Shown piece after piece: positions 24,762 to 38,158 of a DNA stretch of 64,000 nucleotides. The notes beneath the pieces were generated by a model. That model had not been told where the DNA came from. It searched no databases and saw only the letters and a program-made list of their open reading frames with translations. The DNA is taken from assembly GCA_047495785.1 (NCBI GenBank), contig JBLDXI010000030.1, positions 248,001 through 312,000 of the forward strand, written 5' to 3'. Positions within the stretch are counted from its first letter, which is position 1. Each line of letters begins with the position of its first letter. This DNA comes from Lepidodermella squamata. Lineage: Eukaryota; Animalia; Gastrotricha. A program made the position numbers and the translations under genes.

Positions 24762-27700
24762 ATGATCATCAAGGAAATTACCATTCTCCTTATAACAGCC
24801 CATCAATCACTAGCTTACGAACGCTGCCAATGGAATGCAACTTCGAGAAGCGAGGTAACAACTGCCATGAAGGGCAATTACATAATTACATGGAGTCTTT
24901 TCAACGGCGAAGTAAATGCTACCGTTGATTATGGGAATGTCCTGGCTGTAGATTGTGCTGTCAAAACGCAGCCGCAAACTGCTATTTTTTGCGGTGACAG
25001 CGGGCGTTGGACCAGTGAGATAAATGGCTGCTCTAGTTTTGGTAAGATTAGTAAGACTTCACATGATTATCCAAGCTAAGTTCTATTTAAGGCTCCCTAA
25101 ATCAGCATTCTAGCCTAAGTTGCAATTGGACACTCCCAAATCGAGCAGGCCATGTCTATTCGTATTCAAATGATTTGGAAAAGACTTGGACATCTGCGGA
25201 TACTCCGCCGGCATCTTTGAACCCTTTTTGCGTGATTCGTGACATTTGCCCATCTGGCGCTTACGCCCAAGCTATGTGTGTGAATGGTCAGTTCACCTTC
25301 GATTCGGCAAATGTCGACTGCGGCGATCCTTCGTCGCAGAATCCAACGAAACTCGCTGCGTTGTACCCGCTTACCGCAGACACCTTTCTGAGTGATCTAA
25401 CAGGTCAAAATGTCGATCTAACAGCAATAAGAATGGATCTGTTCAAGCCTTACGGCAATAACGGCGGAAGTGGTTACCTGCTGTCAAACCTCGTAAGTTC
25501 GTTAATTCTCGGTGACGTCAACGGCATTGAAGGGCCATCATGGACATTTGGTGGCTTGGTAACCGGCGATTACATGGGATCTTGCCTATCAATTCTCCAG
25601 CAATACATGGCCGTGGCGAATGGAGAATTATCCGTCACTCGTTCCGGATTGGAGCAGTTCAAAATAGCTGATTCTCGCATCGGCACTGTTGCCGACTGGG
25701 TTTTCTATGCAACATCATACGATAATGCGACCAATAAGCTCGCCTTACACGTAGCCGGCCCGGTGAGCATGACCCGGGTGTTCAGCACCACTAAAGACTG
25801 GAGTGCACCAAACGGGAAGCAATCATTGAGCTCGTTGCCAGGGTGATTATTTGAACACAGATAACACAATTCCAATGCATTATTATATATGACTATTTCA
25901 GCTTGGATAGGAACGTGACTTATGCATGTTGGATGGTATTTAACAGATATTTGCCACGATCGGATACGGCAGATTTGCTTTACCAACAATGCATGATCAG
26001 TGGGTCTATTTCAGTCTAAATTCACTGTATCACTTGAATTCTTCAGGTATTTCATCGCCTGATGACACTGGAAGCTCTGTCAGCGACTGGTCGTACGATA
26101 GCAAAACTTCTATCCACATCGCTAATTTCAGTAAAGAATTTTGAACATTTTATTGGGCGAAACTATTTTGGAAATTAATTTTAGACAAACACTACAGAAG
26201 GGGTGCTGCGACTATAACTGAAGATGGTTTGTCAATACGCCTCGCAGCTATGGGTCAACAAGGTGCAGTTTGGTCTTCAGAGGTGATTCATTCTTCAAAT
26301 TGTTCTGCAATTTCTCTCATGAGTTTTTGATTAAGACATTCGATCCAACAATTGATTGGCGGATCGAATTTCATCTGTCTTTCGCAACGAGCTATACTGT
26401 TCTCGAGTTTTGGGTCGTAACCAACCCAGGGTGTTTGAATCTCACTCATGGCTCACCTGCATCGCAAGATCGATATTCAATCAACATTGACACTACCAAA
26501 TTTGTCGGGATCAAATTTTGCCGATTCAACGATAGCAATTTATACTTCGCGCAGTCATCTGCTCCCATCCCGTTAAGTACGGCAAATAATGCGAATGTTG
26601 GGAAGGACTCATGTACGTCGCAGAGTTACATTTTCGAGAAAATAGGCAATCTGTTCCATGTGTACTGCAAAATGAAACGTCAGGCAGCTTCGTTAATCAC
26701 CACTCAAATGGTCTCTACATTCAATCAAATTCCTGGAAAATTCACATTTGGAATTTGGGGCCGCTATGATTACCACGCCCCGCCAGTCACAAACCTAATT
26801 TATCTTCACCAGATCAAATTCTATACAAGATTAGTCGCGACGACAACAACTACAACACAATCAACCAGCTCATCTGCTGGAACAACAACAACAACAACTT
26901 CAGCGCAATCTTCTTCTACCCAAACAGTGACAGCCTTAACACAATCAACTAGCACTTCAACTCGAACAGCTGCGACGATAACACAACCGACCGGCTCATC
27001 ATCGCAATCTTCAACTCAAACAGCGATACAATCGGCCAGCTCATCTGCAACAGTATCTGCGACAAAGATCCCATCTAGTCCAGTATTTTCCTCTTCAAGT
27101 TCAAACTCAGCTAAGGCAACAACGGTGAGCTCGCTTTCAACGAATTCTTTACAGCCAGTTGCAGCATCAAAGCCGCCTTCATGCCTAGTCACCATCTCTC
27201 AAATCTCAAACCGATTTTTCGACTACGAAATTCAAATGAATATAACTCTATTCAACGACAGCTTTTTCCTGCCTGAAGTGGGACTCAACATCAGTAGTAG
27301 CCCTTGGGATGTTACGCTGAACAATAAGACGTCGAAAAATTTCATTGCAATGTCAAACTTCGTTTCGCCGGTAGTTTGGGATTTGATGAACCAAACTGCA
27401 GCTTTGTTGAACAACAGCTGTCTCGTTTCTCTCAATATCACAAGTTTTAGGAAAGGCAGTATTATTGCGGATTACATTGTGGTTCTCAGGAGTTTGACCC
27501 AACTTACGGAGGAAGAAATCGAGGAGAAGCGACAAATTGCCTTAGTTAAGTTGAAATCTGCCTCGGACAAGAAATTAGCGAATGGGCTGGAAGCGGCGAG
27601 ACTTGGCGAGGCGTATATTGTTAAAATCACTGGGCCTCTTCTTAAAGCGGCGAAGACAATGACGAGCGATGACATTCCCAGCCAAAGTTCAGCTCGATGC

Positions 27701-27766
27701 ATAACTGCGTCGATTCTATTCACCATTGTGTCGACAATTCTGAGCGCAGGAATTCAAACTTCTTGA
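24762..27766 (+). CDS. Array gene G1 (most divergent): 2 sushi-like, LamG-like, L-lectin-like, mucin, SEA, GPI-type tail
   Basis: Signal peptide MIIKEITILLITAHQSLA; 6 exons with about 50-60-nt introns; LAALYPL; KHYRRGAATITEDGLSIRLA..QGAVWS; DWRIEF; S/T stalk; SEA motif ITSFRKGSIIADYIV; hydrophobic C-terminus without cytoplasmic tail. Confidence 0.8.
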
Positions 27767-28002
27767 AGAAATACGAACTCATGCGAAAAGCAGGCTAATT
27801 TAAACTGGAATATCGAATATATTTATTTTAGGATCTTTCAAATTTCTCCGAGGTCTCATCTAATGAAAAATAAACACGTGGCTAATCTAGTCTGGGATTT
27901 ATGGGCGTTATTTCAAAAGTTTAATGATTTGCAAAGTTCCAACGAAACGAGGGATCCTCTCGTTTCCTATTTCATTATTTAGGATTTCGCTTTCATTATA
28001 AA

Positions 28003-31000
28003 ATGTTGGCAACGGTGACGGCAGCTTTTTTCACTAGCCTAGTGCTAGTTACTCGTGCCACGGAAGTTTGCGTTTGGAATGGTACGCAATCAGGCGGTAT
28101 TGACGTCTATTATACGACACCCAGCTTCGGATACTGGTTGGGTATTCAACCGAACAGTGATATGAGCCTTCCAGTTGGGTCTTCGCTGAGGGCTATGTGC
28201 CCAACACCCCAAGGAATACAATATACCACATCCAGATGTCTCGGCAACTCGTTTTGGTCCAATTCGATAACTGCTTGCTCTAGTGTCTGTAAGTTGATCG
28301 TTCCTTTAGGCATACTTATCCTAATTGCCTGAAAATCATAACAGTGTCGTTTGAGGCTCAGTGTCAGTGGGCATCTCGTGGCACAACCACGCACTCGTAT
28401 TATTCGTCAAACGACTTTGAACAATCATGGGCGTGGCTAAGTGCGGACGGAAACGCGGTACTCTCAAATTTTCTTGCTGTTCGTGATACCTGCTCATCTG
28501 GAGCTTATCAAATATTGACGTGTATCAATGGCAATTTCGTGCCAGATCCGTCGGTGTTCGATTGTGGAGAACCTTATCCGGGCATCCGGGCGAATCTCAT
28601 CGGGTTTTGGCCTTTGAATAACAACACGAAGTTCAGGGCTGTCACCGCTTCGCCTCCTTTCACGCCCAACAGCGATATCAACCCAACAAGCGTCGGCGAT
28701 TTTGGCAATTTGGTTTACACCCTGGGCATGAATAATGCCCCATTTCTTAGTACGCAGATGACACCAACAATCACCTGGCCATCCTGGACTATTTCGATTC
28801 TAGCAATGGGGACATACCAAGGAGAAATGATCAGCGTTATGCAAAATAGCCGCACCTATACATTCTCCGTCTACATTGGTTATGCTTTCATACGATTTTC
28901 AAATGACAATTATTACAGATTCGACTACGCTGATTTCGGAAATGATTATGACTTGGTTTTATTCATGTTCGGAGTGAATGGTAGCGAAGTGACTGTGACC
29001 ACCACCGGTGCATTTTCCTACACTGGTTCAAAGCCGCTGATAGTAGGTGAAACAGGGGAAATCTCGGCAGAAGTTACGCAAGTAGATATCGGAAAACAGT
29101 GAGAATATATATGAATTAGGCTATGTTCAGGAGTATAATGTTGCAAATTTAGTTCTTCTCAAACCGGAGCGTTTTCGTGCTTCACGATATGGAATGCGCA
29201 TTATTTCGACTCGAATACAGCTAACCTCCTCTATAAGCACTGCTACTCAGGTTCGATAGTTAATAGGCAGAGTTTCCTGGTTAAATTTCCATTCTTCCAG
29301 CTGCAAGTCCGCCGGGTAATCCAAGTTCCTGCCCATTGTGCAACTGGATGTACGATGAAGATCTGTCGATTCATGTTGGCAACTACGGTAGGCGAAACAA
29401 AATATACATGTTTGAAAATATTTGAACCTTTCGACTGATAACGATAGATAAACTTTACCGCCGAGGAGCGGCAGTTGTTGCAGAGAACGGTCTCAGCTTG
29501 CGTCTAGCATACTCCCTACAAACAGGCTGTGTTTGGTCTCCAAAGGTTTGTTCCAACCAATAATAGGGTGTAAGATTTGGAATCATTTTGTTTGAAGACG
29601 CTCACCGCTGATATCGATTGGCGCGCCGAGTTTTTTATTGATTTCGACCCGCTAAAAGTGGATCTGGACTTTTACTTTGTTTCGTCGGTAAATTTGAATC
29701 AGGGAGATGTCGAAGCGGCTGGTATTAATGTTGACCTCACCGCGTTTGTTGGCATGGTTTTCCGTCGAACTTCGTCCGGGACCCACTACCTGTATCTATC
29801 CTCAACGCCGAAAGCCCTGAATGCGATTAGTTCTGTCACGACTGATAATGGTTGCAACAGTCCAACCGCAATCATTTTAGAGAAAACTGGGCCAAATTTG
29901 GCATTTTATTGCCGCATTTCAACACGGGTTGACTATGTGAATCAATATAATATTTACGATTTCACCTTGGCAAATGGTTTAATACACTATGGAGTTTGTG
30001 CTTCAAACTTGGCCAATCCATCTATTTCGAAATCGGTGACTTACCTGAGCCAAGTGAAATTTTTCAGTACTTCGCTATTGACAACGACTACTACCACTAC
30101 TTCTACAACTACAACTACGACAACGCCGGAGACAACAAGCACTGAAGTGCCGAGCACTTCGACAACCACTACAACATTTACCACATCTGGAGCGACTTCA
30201 ACAACTGCGGGGCCAAGTACCACTTCAGTTACAAGCCTGAGGAGTACTACAACGGAGACACCTGCTACCATAGCAGCCACAGCACAGACCACAAATAAAC
30301 CTTCTTTGACTTCGACTACGGCTGCAACAACCGCCATCGTCACTCAAACAACGTCTAATAACGCAAATCCCATCTCTACTCGAGTTACAGGACCAATAAG
30401 CACTGCTAAGGAAGCATCCACAACAATAACAATTGCTACACCATCATCAGCCTATGTCTCAGCTACCACCAAAAAGCTTACTGTGACAACTGAAGCTTCT
30501 TCGACTCTTCAGTCAACAGCAAAGTCCACAGGCTCTAAAGGCATGAATAGCCTATCATCCAGCGCCGCTGAATCATCGACCTCTACAGCACTGCCAACCT
30601 CATCGACAAAGATCGTTCCTAATACCACTAGCCGACCAGCAGGAAGCTCGAGCCAGTCAACTTTCACACCACGCCAACACAAAGAAGCACTATTTATTCT
30701 GCGCCTGTTTACGAGGTCAGCATGAACTTTAAAATCGAGGGCGATAACATTACAATACCCTCAAGCGGAATTAACGTGACTACAGACCCTTGGGATCCCA
30801 ACCTTAACAAATCGAGTTCGCCCGTTTTCGTAGCTTTAGCTGATTTCATGCTGCCTGTGGCGTGGCAACTAGCAAATCAAACAGCGGCGATGATGGACAA
30901 TGCTCAGGTTGAGTACGTAAACATCACAGGGTTCAGGAAGGGCAGTATCATCTCTGATTACATTGTTGCGTTGAGAAGTTTGACGCAGCTTACTGAAAAC

Positions 31001-31261
31001 GAGATTGCCGTCAAAGTTGCCGCTGCTGCTGCGAAAATCAAAGATACGATCGTCGGCAAGCTAGCGAATGGGCTGAATGTCTCTCGACTGGGTCAAATAT
31101 CCGTGCAGAAAGTTGCTGGATCTGGGAAAACCCTTTCATTATCCGTCACTCCCAAACCTATGCCACCAGCGGCGAATTCTAGATCTAATGCACTGGTGTG
31201 TTCTTTCTATGGTTTACTATCGGTTCTGATCATTGGAAAGCTGATCTACTTCGAGATGTGA
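28003..31261 (+). pseudogene. Array gene G2, frameshift at the end of the mucin stalk (~30660-30680)
   Basis: Same 6-exon layout. ORF 29577..30725 leaves the family frame just before APVYEVSMNF; SEA/GPI continues in another frame (30722..31261). Could be an assembly indel or give a secreted truncated product. Confidence 0.65.
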
Positions 31262-31691
31262 ATTGCGCTAGTCATATCTTTCGGCATCAAATGTGACCCA
31301 ATTTTAGCTAGATTGGTTTTTTTGAAGCCTTTAAAATAAAGTGCTAAAAAAGACAAATAAAAAGACTAACCAAGAGCGGTAATAGTCCTCATAGAAGTGT
31401 TTTCCTGTTTTTGTGAAACTGCAAGGCATAAGCAATGCTCCAACTGCGTAATTGCAATGTTTCTAACACACTCGTTATCCATGTTGGTGATGTTCCTGGA
31501 CGTTTTGATTCATGCCGGACAATTTTGCTGCTGGATAAAATTGCCTGAAACCGACGAAGAAAACGTAGGTTCCAGGGAGTATTTGAACATTCGCGCTAGA
31601 CATTTTTTAACAAAGAACAAACAGATCGCTCCATGCTGGAAATTAGGCATCAGACATTCAATTTGCTCGCAGTTGCTTTTTTCTCTGGAAA

Positions 31692-34562
31692 ATGATAGTA
31701 GCCCAAGCGACTTTGTTGCTGAGTTGCCTATGTTCAGTCTCACGCGCCGTGGAGTTATGCACATGGAATGCTTCGTCATATATATCAACTGACGTTTCCT
31801 TCACCTTGAGCGAACCAGCTGTAGCCGGTAAATTTATTGATTTTTCAGCTGGACAGGATTCACAACTACCGATTCGGACAATCTTGAGCGCCAAGTGTTT
31901 AAGCAACGGCGTGGATACGTCAACAAGATGCCTCAATGGTGGCGTTTGGTCTCAATCTTTTTCAGCATGTTCTTCGTGTGCAGATTCTTCATGTGCAAAT
32001 TTCAGTAGGTTCAACTACTTTTCTTCGAATACTATTCATTAAGCTGTTATCCTATGTATCACAGAGTCGCCTGTTGGCCCCTGCCAGTGGCAAGCTGCAG
32101 ACTGGGCCGGGCACACCTATTACTCTTCCAGTGATAATGAAGCGTCATGGGTGCCAGTAGGTCGCATAGAAAATAAGGTTTTCGATAAGTTCACTGTCGT
32201 CAGAGATACCTGCCAATCGGGTGCTTATAAAGTAACGGCATGTATGAATGGAAATTTCGTGCCTAGTCTATCTGACTTCGATTGTGGGGAACCTTCTTCG
32301 AGCATCCGGTCGAAACTTGTCGGGTTTTGGCCGTTGAATAACAATACGCAATTGAGGTCTATCACTAATTCGCCCCCATTCACGCCAAGCAATGATAATT
32401 TAGTGCCATCAGGCAAAGGCAATTTCGGCGACTTGGTTTACACCCTAGGCGGCGGTTGCGCCCCATATCTTAGTGTCGACATTACACCGGAGGTCGCCTT
32501 GCCGTCTTGGACAATGTCGATTCTCGCGGTGGCAAATTATCAAGGAGAATTGATCCAGTTCACGCAAGGCACCACTAGTTTCAAATTCTCAGTAGCTGTC
32601 ACGGCTGTGACTGTGCGTACAGCAGCTTATAACTACACCTTTAGTTATGGCGCGTTCGGATATGAGCCGAGATGGTTGCTATACATGTTCGGTTTCAACG
32701 GGAAAACGCTTACGTTAACAACTGCTGGAGAGTTTTCCACATCTTTAACCGCAGACCTGGCTGCTGGGGACACAGGAGCAATTCAGAATTCCCCCGTATT
32801 GCAAATAAAGCTTGGAAAGGAGTAAGTTTCTAAAATATGTTCGCTATTACCCTTAAATCTGAGACTTGCCTAAAATCAGGGCGACAAGTTGTGCTCCTAT
32901 GTCTTGCTTTGCAATATTCAATGCGCATTACTCAGACCAGAATACAGCGAAACTCCTCTACCAACACTGCGTCGCAGGTATATAGAAATCAAAGTCAAAT
33001 CAAGTCGAAATGCTAAACCATTTTAATAGCTTTAACACCACCGACAGTGCCGAGTCAGTCTTGCATGTCATGTGACTGGAAATACGATGAGAAATTGTCT
33101 ATGCACGTAGCTAACTACGGTAAAGTTTATCTATGTCAATAGAGCCGTCACGCGTCATTTCAACTCCACCAATTATAGACAAACTTTACCGTCGGGGAGC
33201 TGCATTAATTACAGAGAATAGCTTGAGTTTGCGCCTAGCTGCAACAAAGGAGCAAGGTTGCGTTTGGTCTCCAGAAGTTCGTCTTTAATTAAGTTGGATA
33301 TTAGCAATTTTCGCAAATTTTTTCAGCGATTTTCAGCAAGTGCCATGGACTGGCGAGCAGAATTCTTTCTCGACTACGACCTATCTCAAGTAGATCTGGA
33401 CCTGTACTTCATCCCAGAAACTCCTACGCTGAATTTAGCTGTTGGTAATGTCGAGACGCAGGGCATTAATTTCGATGCCAGTGCATTCGCTGGGATGATT
33501 TTCCGTCGCGCAGCCTCTGGGAATTACGAACTGTATGAATCATCTTCACCGCAGAGCTTCAGTGCTTTGAGTGCGTCGTACTCATATAAATACACCTGCT
33601 CGCCCGTTGCATTGATCTTCGAGAAGGTCGGATCGAATTTAGGATTTTTTTGCCGAACGGACTACGACATTTCGCGTATCGCAAATTTTGACATCCCCCA
33701 TTTCTTCGCAACTAGCGGCAACATTCGCTATGGAGTTTGCGCAAAAAGCAACGGTGCATCCAGCTCATTAGCGAAAGCAAATGCTTATCTGAGCCAGGTG
33801 AAATTTTTTACCGGATTGCAGAAGGTGACAACTACTACAGCTCCTGAAATAGCAAGTAGTTCACCTGCTATTTCGGATAAATCCACCACATCTACTCTTG
33901 CAACTGATGTAAAGAATTCGCAATCAAGTGCTACATCTCAGGCCATATCAATTTCGCCTAGCTATTCTGAGGCTTGGACATCGACGAAGCAGGCAGATGC
34001 CTTGTCCATTCATGAGGTCAGCATGAATTTGAAAATCTTTGGGGACAATATCACCATACCCTCGAAAGGTATCAATGTGACTACAGACCCTTGGGATTCA
34101 AATCTAGACAACTCGAGTTCACCTACTTTCATAGCCTTGGCTGAGTTTATGCTACCCACCTTGTGGCAATTGGCGAATGAAACAGCTGCGATGATGAATA
34201 ACACTCAGGTGGAGTCCGTCAAAATCACTGGGTTCAGAAAGGGCAGTATCATCTCTGATTACATCGTCGCATTAAGAAGTTTGACGCAACTGACAGAAAG
34301 CGAGATTGCCATCAAAGTAGCTGCTGCGGTAGCAAAGATAAAAGAAAGTGTCATCAAGAAACTAGCGAATGGGCTTGATACTGCTAGACTGGGCCAAGTT
34401 ACTGTCGTGAAGACTACTGAACCAGTGAAAACACCAGTAGCATCTGTGACTCCCAATCCAATGTCGCCTGCGGCAAAATCTAGGTCTACTGCTTTGACTT
34501 ATTCTCTCTATTGTTTGAAGTCAGCTCTGATAATTGGAAAACTCATTTTCATCCAAGCCTGA
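31692..34562 (+). CDS. Array gene G3, apparently intact: sushi-like x2 / LamG-like / L-lectin-like / mucin / SEA / GPI-type tail
   Basis: Exons 31692-32004, 32065-32821, 32880-32977, 33030-33119, 33179-33276 and 33327-34562 join in frame; LVGFWPLN, DWRAEFF, ITGFRKGSIISDYIV. Confidence 0.85.
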
Positions 34563-35361
34563 GACTCGTCAGCTTGTTATGGCCAGGATACTATAACGCA
34601 TTACTAATCTTGAAAAATGGACAATTCTCATTCTCATTCGCATTTCGCAATAAACGTGTTTCATCAGGACCTTTCTAGACATTTTTGAATAGGAGTTATG
34701 AAGTAGTGCGACCTTGCTGCTGAGTCACATAAAGACATAAAGACCGAGGCAGAACGAGTTACAAAATTACTCGCCGCTGAATGGTATTGATCAAATTCTA
34801 TTTGGCATATGGCCAAGTTGCAGTGATACAGGCAAAAATGTTCAAATAACGCAAAAATTACAAAGCGCCACTGAATCGACTAAAAAATTACTTTTGAATG
34901 TTGAAACAAATGACGTAATAATGGCAAATAATTTTTGCATGACATTGGGTATTGGTTTCTAGTTCTAGTTACTGCCGCCCACCATCGCCCACCGATCGCT
35001 CGTGCCAAGCGACATTAAACACACATGAAGGCATTTGTTTGATTATGAACTGTGGAAGAAATAATCCGATTCTCGATTGCTGATTCGAAAACGCTACTTT
35101 CGGAAATTGTTACCATGAAATACTAGTCCTGCTCATATCATGCGACTGGGTATATTGATTCACGTTGGCGAAATTTCGGCAGCTAACGATAGATAAGCAA
35201 TACCGGAATCTAAACTTTCGATTTCATCAAAACAAATGGTTACATCTATTGCATGGAGTTTGTGCTTAGAACTTTGGCTTTCCGAAGCCTTCAGTTTTCA
35301 ACGAGATGTATGGAAAAACGTACGTAGTTGAATGTTGTATTTATTTCAGGCGTGAAGCCTT

Positions 35362-35380
35362 TAACGAGAAACAAACAGAT
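35362..35380 (+). promoter_or_regulatory. Conserved upstream motif TAAC(G/A/C)A(G/A/T)(A/G)A(A/G)(C/T)(A/T)AACA(G/A/T)AT of the SEA family (one representative copy)
   Basis: Copies about 83-104 nt upstream of the ATG at 31609, 35363, 38058, 41550, 47046, 60796 and 63619; several contain a forkhead-type RYAAACA core. Confidence 0.5.
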
Positions 35381-35460
35381 TGATAGATTATGGTTGTTAA
35401 ACATCAGCCATCCAGCATTCAATGCACTTCTCACTTTGTGTAACTTTTTCACTGAACAAA

Positions 35461-37375
35461 ATGATAGGATTTCAAGCGTCTTTGGCGCTAGGTTGCCTAT
35501 GCTTGGTCTCACATGCAGCGGAGATATGCATTTGGAATGCTACTACAACTAATGACTTCTCGCTCAATTTCGCCACATCCGGGAGCGGCTGGACAAATCT
35601 CTCACCGCGAGAAACTACGCAACTTCTCCTTAGAACAATGTTATCAGCTACGTGCACCGACGGCACCAGCCGTGAAACTTCATCAATATGCCTGGATGGC
35701 GGCATTTGGTCTCATTCAATCTCAGGATGCGCTAGTTTCAGTAGGTCCAAATTCTAGAAAGCCTTTTCTCATGCATATAATCAAAAATGTTCAACAGCGT
35801 CATTTGCTTCCAGCTGCAGTCTCCAGAAGTTTGTTCAAAATTAGGAAGAGAAAGCTACTTCATTTTTCACGGACTTTTTTCTAGCCATTTCCAGCTTCCA
35901 TTAATTGGCGTGCAGAGTTCTTTCTCGACCTTGACGTCGATAAAGTGGATGTGGATCTATACTTCATTTCAGAAACCCCCACGCTGAATTTAACAACAGG
36001 CAATATTGAAGCCCCGGGAATCAATATCGATATGAACGCCTTTGCCGGGATGCTTATTCGTCGCGCCAATACAGGCTCTTACTTTCTGTATGAGTCTTCA
36101 ACGCCGATGATACTGGGTCAGCTAGCGGCGTCATATTCATCCTCCTACAGCAGCTGCTCGCCTACTACAGCAATGATTTTCGAAAGAACGGGGTCGAATG
36201 TAGCATTTTTCTGTCGAGTAAATTCGGATGTGACTTATGTTACAACCTTCAGCGTTCCGACTTTCGACGCAACAAGTGGTAATTTACGCTATGGCGTTTG
36301 TGCTAGAAGCAGCAGCAATGCATACAGCTCAATGGCGAAAGCAAATAGTTATCTGAGCCAAGTGTACTTCTTCACCAAAGCCCTCGCAACAACAACTGTC
36401 ACAACTTCTACGAGTACTACTACAACACCTACGACCACGACGTCTGGGGCACCAAGTACTTCGACTACGGCAGCAGCTATTACCGCCACTCAAACTCAAT
36501 CGAAATCAGTCACTACCCGTGAAATTACAATTTCAGCTGGTTCATCGACAGTTGGATCGAAGGTTCAGCCTCCAAAAGCGGCTAATCCTACCGCAGCTCC
36601 CGCAGCGCAAACTCCCGCAGCTGGGAATTCTGCGAATTCGATCATTTCGAGCGCATCACCAGTGATTGTACAATCAACAGACGCTAAACCCGCAGCTGTT
36701 TCTCCCACAAATCCATCAGGGAAGACTGTAACTCAGAGCATTACAAATTTGCCCACCTCACCGAAGGCTTCGACTCTATCATCGACGAAAGTTCCCGTTA
36801 CCCCTGTTTATGAGGTGATCATGAACTTTAAAATCGAGGGCGATAACATTACGATACCCTCAAGCGGAATCGACGTGACTACAGACCCTTGGGATCCCAA
36901 CCTTAACAAATCGAGTTCGCTCGTTTTCGTAGCTTTAGCTGACTTCATGCTACCTGTGGCGTGGCAACTAGCAAATCAAACAGTTGCGATTATGGACAAT
37001 GCTCAGGTTGAGTCCGTCAATATCACAGGGTTCAGAAAGGGCAGTATCATTTCCGACTACATTGTTGCATTGAGAAGCTTGACGCAACTGACCGAGAGCG
37101 AGATTGCCGCCAAAGTTGCCGCTGCTGCTGCGAAAATCAAAGATACGATCGTCAGCAAACTAGCGAATGGGCTGAATGTCTCTCGACTAGGTCAAGTATC
37201 CGTGCAGAAAGTGGCTGGCCCTGTAAAATCATCTGTTACTTCACCTAAGCCTGTTGAAGCCGCAGGAAACGCAAGCTCATCGACTGTTCTTGCATACAAT
37301 GTCTCTTTGTTAATCTCAGCTTTGATCATAGGAGGGCTAATCTGCCTTGCTATGTATAAAAACCAAGGGCAATAA
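35461..37375 (+). pseudogene. Array gene G4 with a ~1.1-kb internal deletion (second sushi-like and LamG-like domains lost)
   Basis: The start of exon 2 (CGTCATTTGCTTCCAGCTGC) is fused to the end of exon 5 (GTCTCCAGAA|GT) at about 35818; normal splicing gives a frameshift. Exon 1 and the last exon are intact and closest to G5. Confidence 0.7.
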
Positions 37376-38158
37376 CGCAAACTGACGCCATCGTCTTTGT
37401 TGTGACTTGATTTCCGCCAGTAAAATGGCTCTCGTGAAATTTTTGGAATATATTCTACCAACAGGACTTCTGTGATTCCTTGCATTGATTAGACCGTAAT
37501 TCCTAATTGGATAAATAAAGAGGTAAATCTTATATCTACCGAAATGTCGGCAACATATTATTTTCAAATAGTTTGATCTTGTTTTGATATTTTGATCTTT
37601 TCGTTGAAGTTCGAACTTGCTATCAATTGCCATCTGAAAAGTTGGTTTTGCTGCTTGAATATATGCGCCAATAATTAGCAGTAAGTTTCCTCAGTAAGAC
37701 ATCAGCAATATTTCAAAATGGCTGAGGTGTTTTCTACTAATTTTCTGAGGATGGAATAACCGGATCATATTAGATTCTAAAAATAGCGCAGCAGCAGGGT
37801 GTTATCGTACTATAGTCTTGCACATAATGCGACTGGGTAAATGATGAAAACTAGTTTATTTGCGTAGGCGAAATTCCGACAGCTAACGATATATAAGCAA
37901 AGCAGGAATCTGATTTGGTTAAAACAAATGGTTCCATCTATATTGTACGGAATTTTTGCTTCGAGCTAAGGCTATCCGTAGCCTTCAGATTTTGTCGACA
38001 AGTATGGGGAAAACGTACGTAGTTAAACTTCACATTAATTTCAAGCGTGTATGCTCTAACGAGAAACAAACAGATTGATAGACGGCGATTGTTAAGCGAC
38101 AGCCATCCGACATCCAACGCGCTTCTTACTTATACAGTTATACAGTTATACCCTGAAA

